A stretch of 64,000 nt of DNA from Squalus acanthias (lineage: Eukaryota): the NCBI GenBank assembly GCA_030390025.1, contig CM059433.1, positions 4,402,001 to 4,466,000 of the forward strand, read 5' to 3'. Shown one piece after another: positions 37,232-48,838 of the stretch; positions within the stretch are counted from its first letter, which is position 1; the number at the start of each line of letters is the position of its first letter. A model generated the notes under the pieces. The model was not told where the DNA came from, searched no databases, and saw nothing but the letters and a program-made list of their open reading frames with translations. Both the position numbers and the translations under genes were made by a program.

Positions 37232-38679
37232 AACATACGTCATTAACCCACTGAAATATGACATTGATCAAACTGGGGTAGACCCAACACGGCAACACAC
37301 CATGACCGGGAACTTACTCGGAGCGGCTCCTGCACCACCACCATAACTTTGCCGGGGTTTTCACCGCACTTCCGGCAAACCTACAGGAGCAGCTCCAAGG
37401 AAATTTCCGGCCTATGACTTTGTGGCCCATGTGTGTTATATAAAGCTTCAATCCACAGTACATGCTGAATTAACTGATGTCAGTCAGGGCAGCAGTCAGA
37501 GGAACCACACAGCCCATGCGGGCCAAGGAAGGGAGGAAAGAGAATCAGCCAGGTTCTCCACTCCTGATCGCTCTCCAGTGAGTCCTGGGTGGCTGTGAAT
37601 GTCAGCGGAGGACAGGATTGAGCTCCTCTGCAATGCCCCTAATCGTTAAGTAATCTATCAACACTCACTATCTAAGAATGGTTACTTGGGCAACAATAGC
37701 CAAACAATGGAATGACGACTCTTTAAGAGTCACAGCAGTCAAAAAGAGGGAGGAGAGAATGAGTGTGGCGAGAGGTCACTGTAAATCAATTTCTGACAAT
37801 CCTGGAAAGGTGAACAGTCTCCTGGGGTTGCACAAATTTTGGAAACACATAATTTAATATATTTCTTTAGAACTTCTTTTTAATACGTCCAAGATTTGTT
37901 TTGATCTTCAGAGTCAGGTACCCTTATTTATAAAACATCAGACATGGTGAGGCTGCTTGTTAGAGAGCAGTCAGGTCATTGATACGGAATGTAACAAACA
38001 CCACGGTGACACTCAGCATTACATCAGTGCCACGGAACAGGACAGACAGTGTCCAATTGCCTTCTGCTCATCTCACAATCGGAATTACGTCAAAGTAACA
38101 TGGCACTGAGCAGAGGTTACAGCATCTACCAGCCAGGGAGGGAGCTCAGAAAAGTCACACCTGAATCATCTCTCATACCTCCAGGCATCGGGCTACAGGA
38201 GTCACTGGCTGTGACCTAACAAATGGTTATGTGCCCATCCATTGGGGTGTGTCTGGCCAGGCAGAGAAGGAATAAAACCTGGGAATTTACTCAAATAACA
38301 CCAAAGTGAAGCCAAAAATAACACTGAAGGTGGCAACAGAAAGTACAATCCACCGTTACTCTTAAGATTACAGTTTAAATTGGCAAGTCCAGGGTCTGAA
38401 TATAACTGAGTGCGTGTTACAGTTAAAATGGCGAGATTCACTCCCACGATGGCTCAGTCAGTAAGTGCCCTGCCCAGTGTTTAAAAGATCCTTCCTGTTC
38501 TGCCTGGCTCAGTTCTAAGAGATGCATTTCCTAAAGTCATTACTTTGACACATGTCAAAAATAATGTGTGCAAAACTGCTGACACAACTCCTTTACCTAA
38601 AAAGGTATATGGCAGCAAACAGAGAGTTTTAATTTAATACCTGTTCTATTTGCAATTCCAAACAATTCTAAAAAGTTAA

Positions 38680-38977
38680 ATGGTAGCCTTCAAAAGGGGA
38701 ATTGGATAAATACTTGAAGGAGAAAATTTACAGGGATATGAAAAGAAAAAAAGACTTGCATTTATATAGCGCCTTCCACGACCATCGGACGTCTCAAAGT
38801 GCTTTACAGCCAATGAAGTACTTTTGAAGTGGAGTCACTGTTGTAATGTGGGAAACGAGGAAAGGGCTGGTGGGGGGGGGGTGACTAACTGGATCGCTCT
38901 TTGAAAGAGCCGGCGCAGACTTGATGGGCCGAATGGCCTCCTTCTGTGCTGTACTCTTCTATGATTCTATGATTCTA
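38680..38977 (+). mobile_element. CR1 tail containing an inverted SINE tail (~38745-38857)
   Basis: GGGCCGAATGGCCTCCTTCTGTGCTG...ATGATTCTA; inner piece is the reverse complement of the 3' end of the 3218-3657 SINE. Confidence 0.7.
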
Positions 38978-39679
38978 AAGCTTTCTCGCCATTGCAGAAA
39001 AGAGGGGCTTGGACACTTCTTTGTCTTTTTTTTTACCCTTTTTAGTTTGTCACCTCTTCCACCCTTTCCCCCCCCCCAGACTTGATCAGAAAGACTTCAT
39101 GGGTAAACTTTTCAAAAGGCTTCTGCCAACCCCATTGTAATCTGCATAGGAGTTGGATGAGAATAAACTGAGTTCACTTACCCGCCAGCTTCTCCTCCCT
39201 GCTTCTAAAGAAAGCACTCCTGCTTAGACACCCAACTTCTAATGCCCAGTTGCCGTGGATAGGATAATATGCTGTGCCCACACATGTACAGTTTAGCAAT
39301 GAGGACCAAAATAAATTCATGCTTTGCATTCAGATTAGGAAGGTCCAAAGTTCAAATGATAAAAGCCTGGATCTGAGCAGCTAGCACTTTCACTAGGGTG
39401 CCAAGGAAATTATAACTTTGCTTTGACTTTCAAAGCTCAGATGTGTACCCAACACCCGGAATATCAGTGCCAATTAGTGCCATTATGAGGAGGTTGCCTA
39501 TGTAGGACTTTCGACCAGAAAGATGGGACAGTCTGGGTGGAAAGGTTGCACGAGGTCGAAAACCAGCCACATAACAACACCACCCAGCTCAGCCTGCACT
39601 AGATTACCATGTAGCCCACACACATACCGACACCAGTCAGAGAAACCCTCACATCTATACCACCAGATGCATGTTATCT

Positions 39680-40160
39680 CCCAGAACACCAAGATTCAGG
39701 CCCATTGTTGGCCCTCTACATTGGCTCCCAGTTAAGCAACACCTCGATTTCAAAATTCTCATCCTTGTTTTCCAATCTCTCCATGGCCTCGCCCCTCCCT
39801 ATCTCTGTAATCTCCTTCAGCCCCACAACCCCTCCCCACCCCCCCACCCCCCGAGATATCTGCGCTCCTCTAATTCTGCCCTCTTGAGCATCCCTGATTA
39901 TAATCGCTCAACCATTGGTGGCCGTGCCTTCTGTTGCCTGGGTGCCAAGCTCTGGAATTCCCTGCCTAAACCTCTCCGCCTCGCTACCTCTCTCTCCTCC
40001 TTTAAGACGCTCCTTAAAACCTACCTCTTTGACCAAGCTTTTGGTCACCTGCCCTAATTTCTCCTTATGTGGCTCGCTGTCAAATTTTTTGTCTCCTGTG
40101 AAGCACCTTGGGACGTTTTACTACGTTAAAGGCGCTATATAAATACAAGTTGCTGTTGTT
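39680..40160 (+). mobile_element. L2 LINE 3' end
   Basis: ORF 39671-40057 LHWLPVKQHLDFKIL...GGRAF...LWNSLP...FKTLLKTYLF; tail AAAGGCGCTATATAAATACAAGTTGCTGTTG. Confidence 0.88.
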
Positions 40161-42189
40161 GGAATAGATGCATCCAGCAGGGACCAACCTAAAAATATAT
40201 TGTACTTCTGCAAATGTTATGGGGTGAACAAAATAGCATCAACCTGAGAGATTACACAAAATGCCCATTTTCACATCTGCACCATTATTTAATTTTTAAA
40301 ATAAACAGCCCAGACAACATATATTCAAATCTAAACTGAATTAAAATTAAAGAGCAGTCAAATTTCTGCCCAAATCAGACCATTTTTTGACTTGGCTGCT
40401 GATCCCCAAGACAATGCATTTTGTGACGAGAAGTTTGCCTTTTTTTAGATGCGGAAGAGACTGCAGCGCTCTATAATGGGGAATCCCTAGCGCGATCTGC
40501 TGTGACGTCAACAAGCTGCCTGAGCAGCCAATCACAATGCAGAAATCTCACAGACAGGGAAGCAGGAAATGAGAACCTGCTTTTATCCCAACTTTTTAAT
40601 AATGTTACCGAGAGCAAAACAAAGCTCGGGGCTCTCACATGGGGGAAACGGTAAACCTGAACTAAATATGAACAAACTTTAAAAAAAATATATTCTTTTA
40701 AATTTCCAAAAGTTTCTTAAAAATTGTGATTTTTAATCATAATGGAGAAATTTGACACTCCACAAAATTAAAAATTAGTTTTTCAGGGCCATAATGTTTG
40801 TTTATCAGTCAATTAGCTGTTAAAACCCCAGTTGCAACTAATCCAACAAGGCCCAACATTCAGTGGGGTATTTAACAGCGATATTACTGCAGAACAGCCC
40901 AAGTTTCCATCAGTTTCCCTGATTACACGGATTGCCGGCTATTGGGGCCGCAGCGCAGCCGGTGTCAGAACAGTGAATGGCTGACCGCAACTTCAGGATT
41001 TCCACGTTTAGACGCGCATGCGCTACACCCTGAAGCTGCGGTCAGTTTCAAAGGGGTAATGACAGCGAACACTGTTAGTGCGCCGTTGTTGCCCACTGCA
41101 AATTCCGGCCCAATTGTGTTCTGTTGCCATACTGTCGCACTGACCCTGTAACAGAGGTTATTGCCCTGAAATGCAGCGTTGTTGATCTAATCATCAGGTG
41201 TTTTTCTGATCTGTGGCAGAATTCTGCCACAAGCTTGTTTACCCCAAATGGAATGAAAAGGGACAAGGACTCAGTCCTGTAACCCCTACCAGAGTTCATG
41301 CGATCAGGTGTCCATCCACTTGCCCACAGCAAGGGAAGGTAGATTCAAGGGATAATCACCCCCGAACTGCCTTCAGCAAAAATAATGCTGAAAGCAGAAT
41401 CCATAATATCTTTAATTAATCGTGGATAAATATTTGAAAAAAGAAACATTTAAGAGGGGTGGGGAGAGGGCAGGGAAATGGGATGAAGTGGATATCCGTT
41501 GCAATGAGTCAGCACGGGAAGCTTGGGCCAAATGGCCACCTTCTGTGCTGCAAGATTCTGATTCTGATTCCTCATAGCTGGAATTGGAGTCACGTTGCCA
41601 GAGGCCTGGAAGCATTTCACTTGCCCATCCCACTCTCTCTCTCTCTCTATAGGGGCTGATACAGGACACGGAGAAGGGAGAAGAGAGTAGAATCTCTTAA
41701 AATCATCCCAAAGAGAAAAAGGTTATTTTTTTTAAGTTGTTTAGTATTTACAAGTCGGTATCGCAACATTAAAACAAATATTGAGCCATTTAAGACAAAT
41801 AGGGAATCTCACTTTTCCCCAACAGTTAAGCACTTCCACAGAAAAAAAACCCAGCATACTGGAAAATTCAATTCCATCATTTCAAATCGGAGAAGATTTT
41901 TGTAACAGGGATGTAAAGATACTTTTTTTTTTAAACTCGATGAACAAAAGTAACCATGTTTCACCAACACCAGGCACATCTCTCAGTTGATACCACACTG
42001 TGATGATCACTGCAGAGGCTGCAATGCCCCAGTACAGCCCGACACTGACCAACAACCTCGAGAAAACACACACACATACACACTTTAGAACTCGATCCCC
42101 TTTCCTAAATTAAACACAAAACAAACCCAACATCTTTTTTTTTACTATCAATCAGTCGAAGGGAACGACACTCTAACCAAGAACCTTAC

Positions 42190-42270
42190 CTCTTCCGGGC
42201 CTTTTCAGTTTACCAGTGTAAACAATGAAGTCACAGCAACGCACTCGTGTGATGTGGCAGTGGAGTCTGA
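42190..42270 (-). promoter_or_regulatory. Candidate non-coding first exon / TSS region of LPIN1
   Basis: Strong donor GAG|GTAAGG at 42190/42189; TATA-like TTTAAGA at ~42286-42292 (minus); TGACATCA ~42306, TGACTCA 42360-42366. In-frame stop relative to the ATG exon. 5' boundary is a guess. Confidence 0.4.
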
Positions 42271-42474
42271 ACATGCACCAGCCACTCTTAAAGCCTCCCA
42301 GCGGCTGACATCATTGCACAGCAGAGAGAGAACAGAGCCGCAAGTCCCTCACACCACGCTGACTCACTCCCTCACTCACTCACTCACTCAATCTGTGCAA
42401 GCACCGCACCAGTCCCTGAGGGCTCACTGCTGTCTACACAGGGACTGTCCACAGACCTGCTGCCATCCGACCTG

Positions 42475-43262
42475 CACAAGGATGCATTTGCATTTAGACC
42501 ACGCCTGCTGACAAGTCAGCTAATACAACGAGGGACAAGCCACCAGCTCGGTTTCTTCTTCCCTTTGAGCAAGCACTAGCAACACAAAAAAAACCATCAG
42601 AGGAAGCAAAGCGGGAGCTTTTTTCAGGATTCTGACCACACACACACACTCTCTCTCTCTCTCTTGCAAAAAGACAGCTCTCTTTGATTCAATCAACAGC
42701 AGAGGGAGGGGGTGTTGCTGGGTTTCCTGAGAGGGCTGGGAATCCCCCTCTGACAGACCCTGTGCTGTATCCCTGTGATGACTGGGCTGGGCTGATCCGC
42801 TCAGCCAATCGAGCAGCGGTTCTGGGTGAGCCTGCTGCAACGCTTGGCTCGGTTTACACGGAAGGTCATTAGTCATTTCAAGGAAATTTACTGGTTCGTC
42901 AGCCGATTGTTTTTGTTCAAATCGGAATCAACTCGGGGAAAACTTTCAACATACTTCATCCATAACAAGTTGTTACATGGCTAGTGGTTTTCCAAGTTAA
43001 TTTGGAAGTTAGTGAGAAACATCAAGAGGATAATCGTACCTATTATTTTAACTGAATCTGTTTAATATTCCCGACTTGTCACAAGGAGGAAAAACAATGC
43101 AATATTGTCACTGCCTCAAAGTTTAAAAACTATTAAAGTGCAAACCACCTGATTGCGATCTTTTGTTAGATTCAGTGTTTAATATTAACATGCATTTGTT
43201 TTATTCTCTTTTGAATTTTGTAGTGCTTTTGTTTGAACTGAAAGTGCTGATGACACCAACTC
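42475..43262. repeat. Local tandem duplication, copy A (~790 bp)
   Basis: Colinear and highly similar to 44876-46352 once the insertions in copy B are removed; both end ...GATGACACCAACTC. Confidence 0.9.
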
Positions 43263-43669
43263 CAGGATTACTGAGCCTGAGGGTGTGGAGGTCTTGAATT
43301 AACGTGCAAAGGTTGGCTGTATTGTGGCATAACTACAAGGTGAAAGAGAAGGCAACTGAAGTTAGGATTAGATGGTTAAAGTAGCACTCCCTGAATCTCC
43401 TGCTGTGAAAGAATGCATGATGGGGCGCCACTACCTTGGAGGTCTTGAGTGACCAAGAGAGCAATATCGTTTGAGGGTGGGAGAGTTTGGAGACGTGGCA
43501 GGAAATGAGAGATGGCTTTTCTGCCAGTGACGCTGCATTTTATTCCCCCTTCCATCCCAGGGCACTCACTCTTCTGCCTTTGTCTCTCTACCCCAGCCTA
43601 TTCCATTTAGCTGTCTGGTATGTGCGGTCGCTGTTACATCCTTCATTTTAAAAAATATTGAGACTTTTT

Positions 43670-44810
43670 ATGGTAATACCGTGTTATGGGTCTGGAACAC
43701 GGTCGCCTGCAGACGGAGTTCTTCCCCGTCAGGAGTGGCGGCTGTCCTTCGGGAGCCGCTGCTCAGGAATCCACACCTCCACGACCGCGGGTTCGGGTGG
43801 CTGGCGGAGGGCAGGGCTGTGTCTGGCAAGGTGACCAGAGTCGGGGACCTGCTCGATGGCAGAGGAGCGGGTTGGATGGCGCCGGAGGAGCTGGTGCAGC
43901 GCCTGTCCTGGGCCGACGTCCGGCTCGCGGCCAAAGCCATCGAGTCGCTGAAAGTGGCACTGGGCCCTGACTCCACTAGGTGTATCGAGGAGGCTCAAGC
44001 ACGTGGGGCGATCCCGTCCGAACTGACCCCCGTTCAGACGGAATTCCTCATCGGCGCCCGGCCCCGAAACCCCTCAAGGGAACCGGCGCCTCACAACTTG
44101 AGCCATCTCCGGGAAATCCCTTCTGTGCCTTTCCACTCTGCACGGAAGCGTTTCCTGTACGGGCTGCTCCTGCACACTCTCCACTTTGCCATCTTCGCCT
44201 GCCGTCCAGATACGTCTTGGCGAACCATCTTGCCGTCCGGCGGAGGCGGAGGTCCCCAATGGAGGGCTCTCTATGCGAGAGTCCTCCCTTTATCTATTGG
44301 GGACTTGGCCTGGAGGGTGTTTCACGGGGCAGTCCCATGCAATAAGGTTTTAAGTAGGTTCACGGACTCCCAAACCACCTGCCTTTTCTGTGGCCTGGAG
44401 GAGTCCGTGTTCCATGTATATATGGAGTGTGAGAGGTTGCAGCCCCTCTTCCACTATTTGAAGGGGCTGCTCCTTGATTTTTGGCTGCACTTCAGTCCCA
44501 CGGTCCTGATCTTTGGTCACCCGGTGCAGGGGGGGAGCGGGCAGGTCGGGGGTCCTCCTCGTGGGACTGCTCCTGGGCCTGGCCAAAGTGGCCATTGACT
44601 GGTCCGGGCAGTGGGCAGTTGAGGGGGGCCGTTCGGGCCCGACTGCCTGCCTCTCTTCCGCGGCCACGTTCGTGCCCGGGTAGCCCTGGAGATGGAGCAC
44701 GCGGTGTCCACCAGCGCGCTCGAGGCCTTCCGCGCGACCGGTGGGCACCGCGGGGGGGAGGACTGGAGTGCATCCATCACCCCGGGAAATAGAATCTTAA
44801 TTTAATTTGT
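43670..44810 (+). mobile_element. Tx1/L1-clade non-LTR retrotransposon 3' fragment
   Basis: ORF 43681-44598 with C-terminal zinc motif LAWRVFHGAVPCN...CLFCGLEESVFHVYMECERL; GC-rich. Confidence 0.8.
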
Positions 44811-45141
44811 TGAGTTTCATTTAATGTTTTTTGTTATGTTACAGTTTATTTGTTTATTGCTTCACCAAAAGAGTACACAAGAATGTATTTGCATTTAGAC
44901 CACACCTGCTGACAGTCAGCTAATAAAATGAGGAAAAGCCGCCAGCTCGGTTTAGTTTTCCTTTAAACACTAGCAAAAAAACATCAGAGGAAGCAAAGCA
45001 GGAGCTTTTTTCAGGATTCTGACCACACACTCTCTCTCTCTCTCTCTTGCAAAAGATGCGGAGATGCCGGTGTTGGACTGGGGTGGACAAAAGTGAGAAG
45101 TCGCACAACACCAGGTTATAGTCCAACAGTTTTATTTGAAA

Positions 45142-45178
45142 TCACAAGCTTTCGGAGCGCTGCTCCTTCGTCAGGTGA
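45142..45178 (-). ncRNA. Minimal type I hammerhead ribozyme motif (intact stem I)
   Basis: Minus strand TCAC-CTGACGA-A-GGAGC(AGC)GCTCC-GAAA-GC-TT-GTGA; TCAC/GTGA stem I, palindromic AAGCTT in place of stem III. Confidence 0.8.
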
Positions 45179-45181
45179 AGG

Positions 45182-45217
45182 ACCTGACGAAGGAGCAGCA
45201 GCTCCGAAAGCTTGTGA
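45182..45217 (+). ncRNA. Second hammerhead motif (stem I 5' arm shortened)
   Basis: AC-CTGACGA-A-GGAGC(AGCA)GCTCC-GAAA-GC-TT-GTGA. Confidence 0.7.
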
Positions 45218-45276
45218 TTTCAAATAAAACTATTGGACTATGACCTGGTGTTGTGCGACTTCTCACTTTTCTCTTG

Positions 45277-45728
45277 CAACACGGTGGCATAGTGGTTAGC
45301 ACTGGTGCCTCACAGCGCCAGGGACCCGGGTTCGAATCTGGCCTCGGGTGACTGTCTGTGTGGAGTTTGCACATTCTCCCCGTGTCTGCGTGGGTTTCCT
45401 CCGGGTGCTCCGGTTTCCTCCCACAGTCCAAAAATGTGCGGGTTAGGTTGATTTGGCTATGATAAATTGACCCTTAGTGTTAGGGGGGGATTAAATATGT
45501 GGGGTTACGGGGATAGGATGGGATATGTTAGGGGGAATTAAATACGTGGGGTTACGGGGATAGGGTGGGATATGTGTCGGTGCAGGCTCGATGGGGATTC
45601 TGTGTGAGAAAGCAGGGACAGGGTACTGGATTTGGATGATCAGCCATGATCGTATTGAATGGTGGAGCAGGCTCGACGGGCCGAATGGCCTACTCCTGCT
45701 CCTAGTTTCTATGTTTCTATGTTTTCTA
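45277..45728 (+). mobile_element. HE1-type V-SINE with internal duplication and CR1-type tail
   Basis: Closely similar to 12521-12850; duplicated GGGGTTACGGGGATAGG segment; ends (TTTCTATG)n. Confidence 0.88.
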
Positions 45729-46442
45729 AAAGACAGATCTCTTTGATTCAGATCAACAGCAGAGGGAGGGGGTGTTGCTGGGTTTCCTGAGAGGGCTGGG
45801 AATCCCCCTCTGACAGACCCTGTGCTGTATCCCTGTGATGACTGGGCTGGGCTGATCCATCAGGCGATGGGGACAACCTGGGCTGATCCGCTCAGCCAAT
45901 CGAGCAGCGGTTCTGAGCGAGCCTGCTGCAACGCTTGGCTCGGTTTACACGGAAGGTCATTAGTCATTTCAAGGAAATTTACTGGTTCGTCAGCCGATTG
46001 TTTTTGTTCAAATCGAATCAACTCGGGGAAAACTTTCAACATACTTCATCCATAACAAGTTGTTACATGGCTAGTGGTTTTCCAAGTTAATTTGGAAGTC
46101 AGTGAGGAACATCAAGAGGATAATCGTACCTATTATTTTAACTGAATCTGTTTAATATTCCCGACTTGTCACAAGGAGGAAAAACAATGCAATATTGTCA
46201 CTGCCTCAAAGTTTAAAAACTATTAAAGTGCAAACCACATGATTGGGATCTTTTGTTAGATTCAGTGTTTAATATTAACATTCATTTGTTTTATTCTCTT
46301 TTGAATTTTGGAGTATTTTTGTTTGAACTGAAAGTGCTGATGACACCAACTCAACCAGACTATTACACTCTTTCTCTATTCTCAAAAATTCTAGCTTGTG
46401 CATATGGTTGAAGATAATAAGTAAGTGATTAGAAGAATTACT

Positions 46443-47078
46443 GGGAGAGAAATTCGGTTGCTTAGCGCCTCCCGTTAGCGCCCCGGACCGGATATTGAGT
46501 CGCGCCCCCTGCCTTAGCGCCTGCCGCTAGGAACGACAGGTAGAGGGGAACATTTTCAAGTCGGGAAGGAGCTGGGGGAGCGCTATTTAAAAGCGGGCAC
46601 TTCCTGCCTTTTCTTGTCAGCAAAATTTTTGGTTTTAACGCTGTCCTAAGGGGTTTTGGCCCTCAGCAACACTTTTGAGGTTCCTAAGCGCCGAGCTCCT
46701 TCCCTGGGCCTATCCATTAGTGCTTCCAACACAATTGCTTTAGAGGTCTCTCCAGGCTGAGATTCAAGGCTGCAATGAGCAGGGAGTGGCTGGCCAGCAA
46801 GATGGCCCCTCCCCTTTAAGAACTGGACGGCGCCAGTCTGTCTGGCTTCCATGGTAACGGACATCGCCTGAGCTTCGGTAGCGTTCTGAGGTAGCGCCTC
46901 GCTCCCCGACGTTAGCGCCTAAAGAGAGGTGTGTAGCGCCTGATTTAACGCTCAAATCATCTCCAGGGGGCGATAGAGGCGAATTTTGCAGTCGGAGGCG
47001 ATAATTAGCGCCGGGCGCTAAACTTTTCGCCCGGCCGATATTAGCGCCCCAAAATGGGCGATACCCAATTTTTCCCCC
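46443..47078. mobile_element. Harbinger-like MITE
   Basis: TIRs GGGAGAGAAATTCGG / GGGGGAAAAATTGGG; homologous in reverse orientation to 52761-53653. Confidence 0.75.
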
Positions 47079-47714
47079 ACAATGTCTAAATAAAATGGTT
47101 AATTTTAAATAGATTTATTGTATAACGCTCTGGTCAGACCCCCATCTGCAGCACTGTGTTCAGTTCCGGGCCCCGCACCTCAGGAAGGATATATTGGCCT
47201 TAGAGGGGGTGCAGCACAGATTTACCAGAATGATACCGGGGCTAAAAGAGTTAAATTATGAGGACAGGTGGGTTTGTATTCCATTGAGTATAGAAGATTA
47301 GCCTTGGGAGGTTTTACTACGTTAAAGGCTATATAAATGCAACTTGTTGTTGTTGTTGTGATCTAATTGATGGGCTGCATTTTCATGGGGGAGGCGGGTT
47401 GAGGGCGGGGGGGAATGGGAGCTCCGATGAGGGTGGGAAACCCAGGAGAACGGGTTTCCCGCAGCCAGATGGAGAGGCTGGCTGGCTGCGGGTACGTAGA
47501 CCTGCGGCACTAGGACGCACAGAGGAGGGAGGGACGGATCGGGTGGGGGCCGGGGTCGGCCGCCGGTCGATGGCGGGAGGAGGAGGAAGATTGGGGCCAT
47601 CAAGGGACCATGGGGGGGCGGGGGGGGGGGCGGAGGCTGGTGAAGAGAAGTTCGGGGCCATCGAGGGACCTGAGGGGGGAGAGAAGCAAGATCGGGGCTG
47701 GCCACCGGAACATA

Positions 47715-47890
47715 ATCATAAGAACATAAGAAATAGGAGCAGGAGTCGGCCATTCGGCCCCTCAAGTCTGCGCCGCCATTCAGTAAGATTATGGCTGATC
47801 ATCGACCTGAACTCCACTTTCCCGCACTATCCCCATATCCCTTGATTCTCTTAATATTCTAAAATCTATCGATCTCTGTCTTGAATATCA
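47715..47890 (-). mobile_element. CR1 3' tail
   Basis: CATAAGAACATAAGAAATAGGAGCAGGAGTCGGCCATTCGGCCCC, reverse complement of the CR1 tail stem-loop. Confidence 0.8.
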
Positions 47891-48250
47891 TCTTCTTAGG
47901 CAGTCCCTCGGAACCGAGGATGACTTGCTTCCACACTAAAAATGAGTTCTCAGGTGACTGATGAGTCCAATGCGGGACCTACAGTCTCTGTCACAGGTGG
48001 GGCAGACGGTGGTTGAAGGGGCGGGTGAGTGGGGTGTTTGGGTTGACGTGCGCTCCTTGCGCTTGGCTTCCGCTTGCTCCCGGCGAAGAGACTCGAGGTG
48101 TTCGGCGCCTTCCCGGATGCTTCTCCTCCACTTTGTGCGGTCTTGGGCCAGGGATTCCCAGGTGTCGGTGGGGGTGTTGCACTTTTTCAAGGAGACTTTG
48201 AGGGTGTCCTTGAAGCGTTTCCTCTGCCCACCTGGGGCTCTCTTGATGCC
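47891..48250 (-). mobile_element. RTE-clade LINE 3' end
   Basis: ORF 47936-48259 GGQRKRFKDTLK...WESLAQDRTKWR...CPTCDRDCRSRIGLISHLRTH (RTE C-terminus with C2H2 finger). Confidence 0.85.
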
Positions 48251-48329
48251 TCGCAACACCCCAAGAGGGAGACGGGGTGCTTTCCAGTAGTGCCCCGCTT
48301 CCCTCTTGGGGTGCTACCGATGAATTTAC

Positions 48330-48838
48330 TTATTCTAATCTTTTTCTTTTTACATACCTATAGAAGCTTTTACAGTCTGTTTTTACGTCCCTCGCTAGTT
48401 TACTCACATTTTTCTTTATCAATTTCTTGGTCCTCCTTTGATGAATACTAAAATCCTCCCAATCCTCAGGCTTACTGCTTTTTTTGGCAACATTATAAGT
48501 CTCTTCCTTTGATCTAAGACTATCTTTAACTTCTCTTGTTAGCCACGGTTGGACCACGTTTCCTGTGGGTTTTTTTTGCCTTAAAGGAATGTATATTTGT
48601 TGTAAATTATGTATTAATTCTTTAAATGCTAGCCATTGCTTGTCTACCATCATACCTTTTAATGTAGTTTCCCAATCTACCTTAGCCAACTCACCCCTCA
48701 TACCTACGTAGTTTGCTTTGTTTAGATTTAAGACCCTAGTTTCGGAATTTAACGAAATCACTTTCAAACTCAATATAAAATTCTATCATATTATGGTCAC
48801 TCTTCCCTAAAGGCCCCTTTACTACAAGGTTATTAATG
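48330..48838 (-). mobile_element. CR1 ORF2 internal fragment (endonuclease-RT linker)
   Basis: ORF 48330-48773 LNLNKANYVGMRGELAKVDW...QPWLTREVKD...KSFYRYVK. Confidence 0.85.

Larger units (their letters stand above)
45055..45270. mobile_element. Penelope-like terminal repeats in inverted arrangement (long palindrome)
   Basis: Arms 45089-45176 and 45182-45270, 5-nt spacer, about 3 differences; same family as 9945-10030. Confidence 0.85.
44876..46352. repeat. Local tandem duplication, copy B, interrupted by Penelope and HE1 insertions
   Basis: Matches copy A on both sides of ~45055-45728; CTCTTGCAA repeated around the Penelope insertion. Confidence 0.9.

Noticed and set aside
38179..38215. 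Possible 37-nt minus-strand LPIN1 5' micro-exon (ttag|...GAG|gtatga)
   Set aside because: Weak polypyrimidine tract and no recognisable homology; cannot be supported without RNA data.
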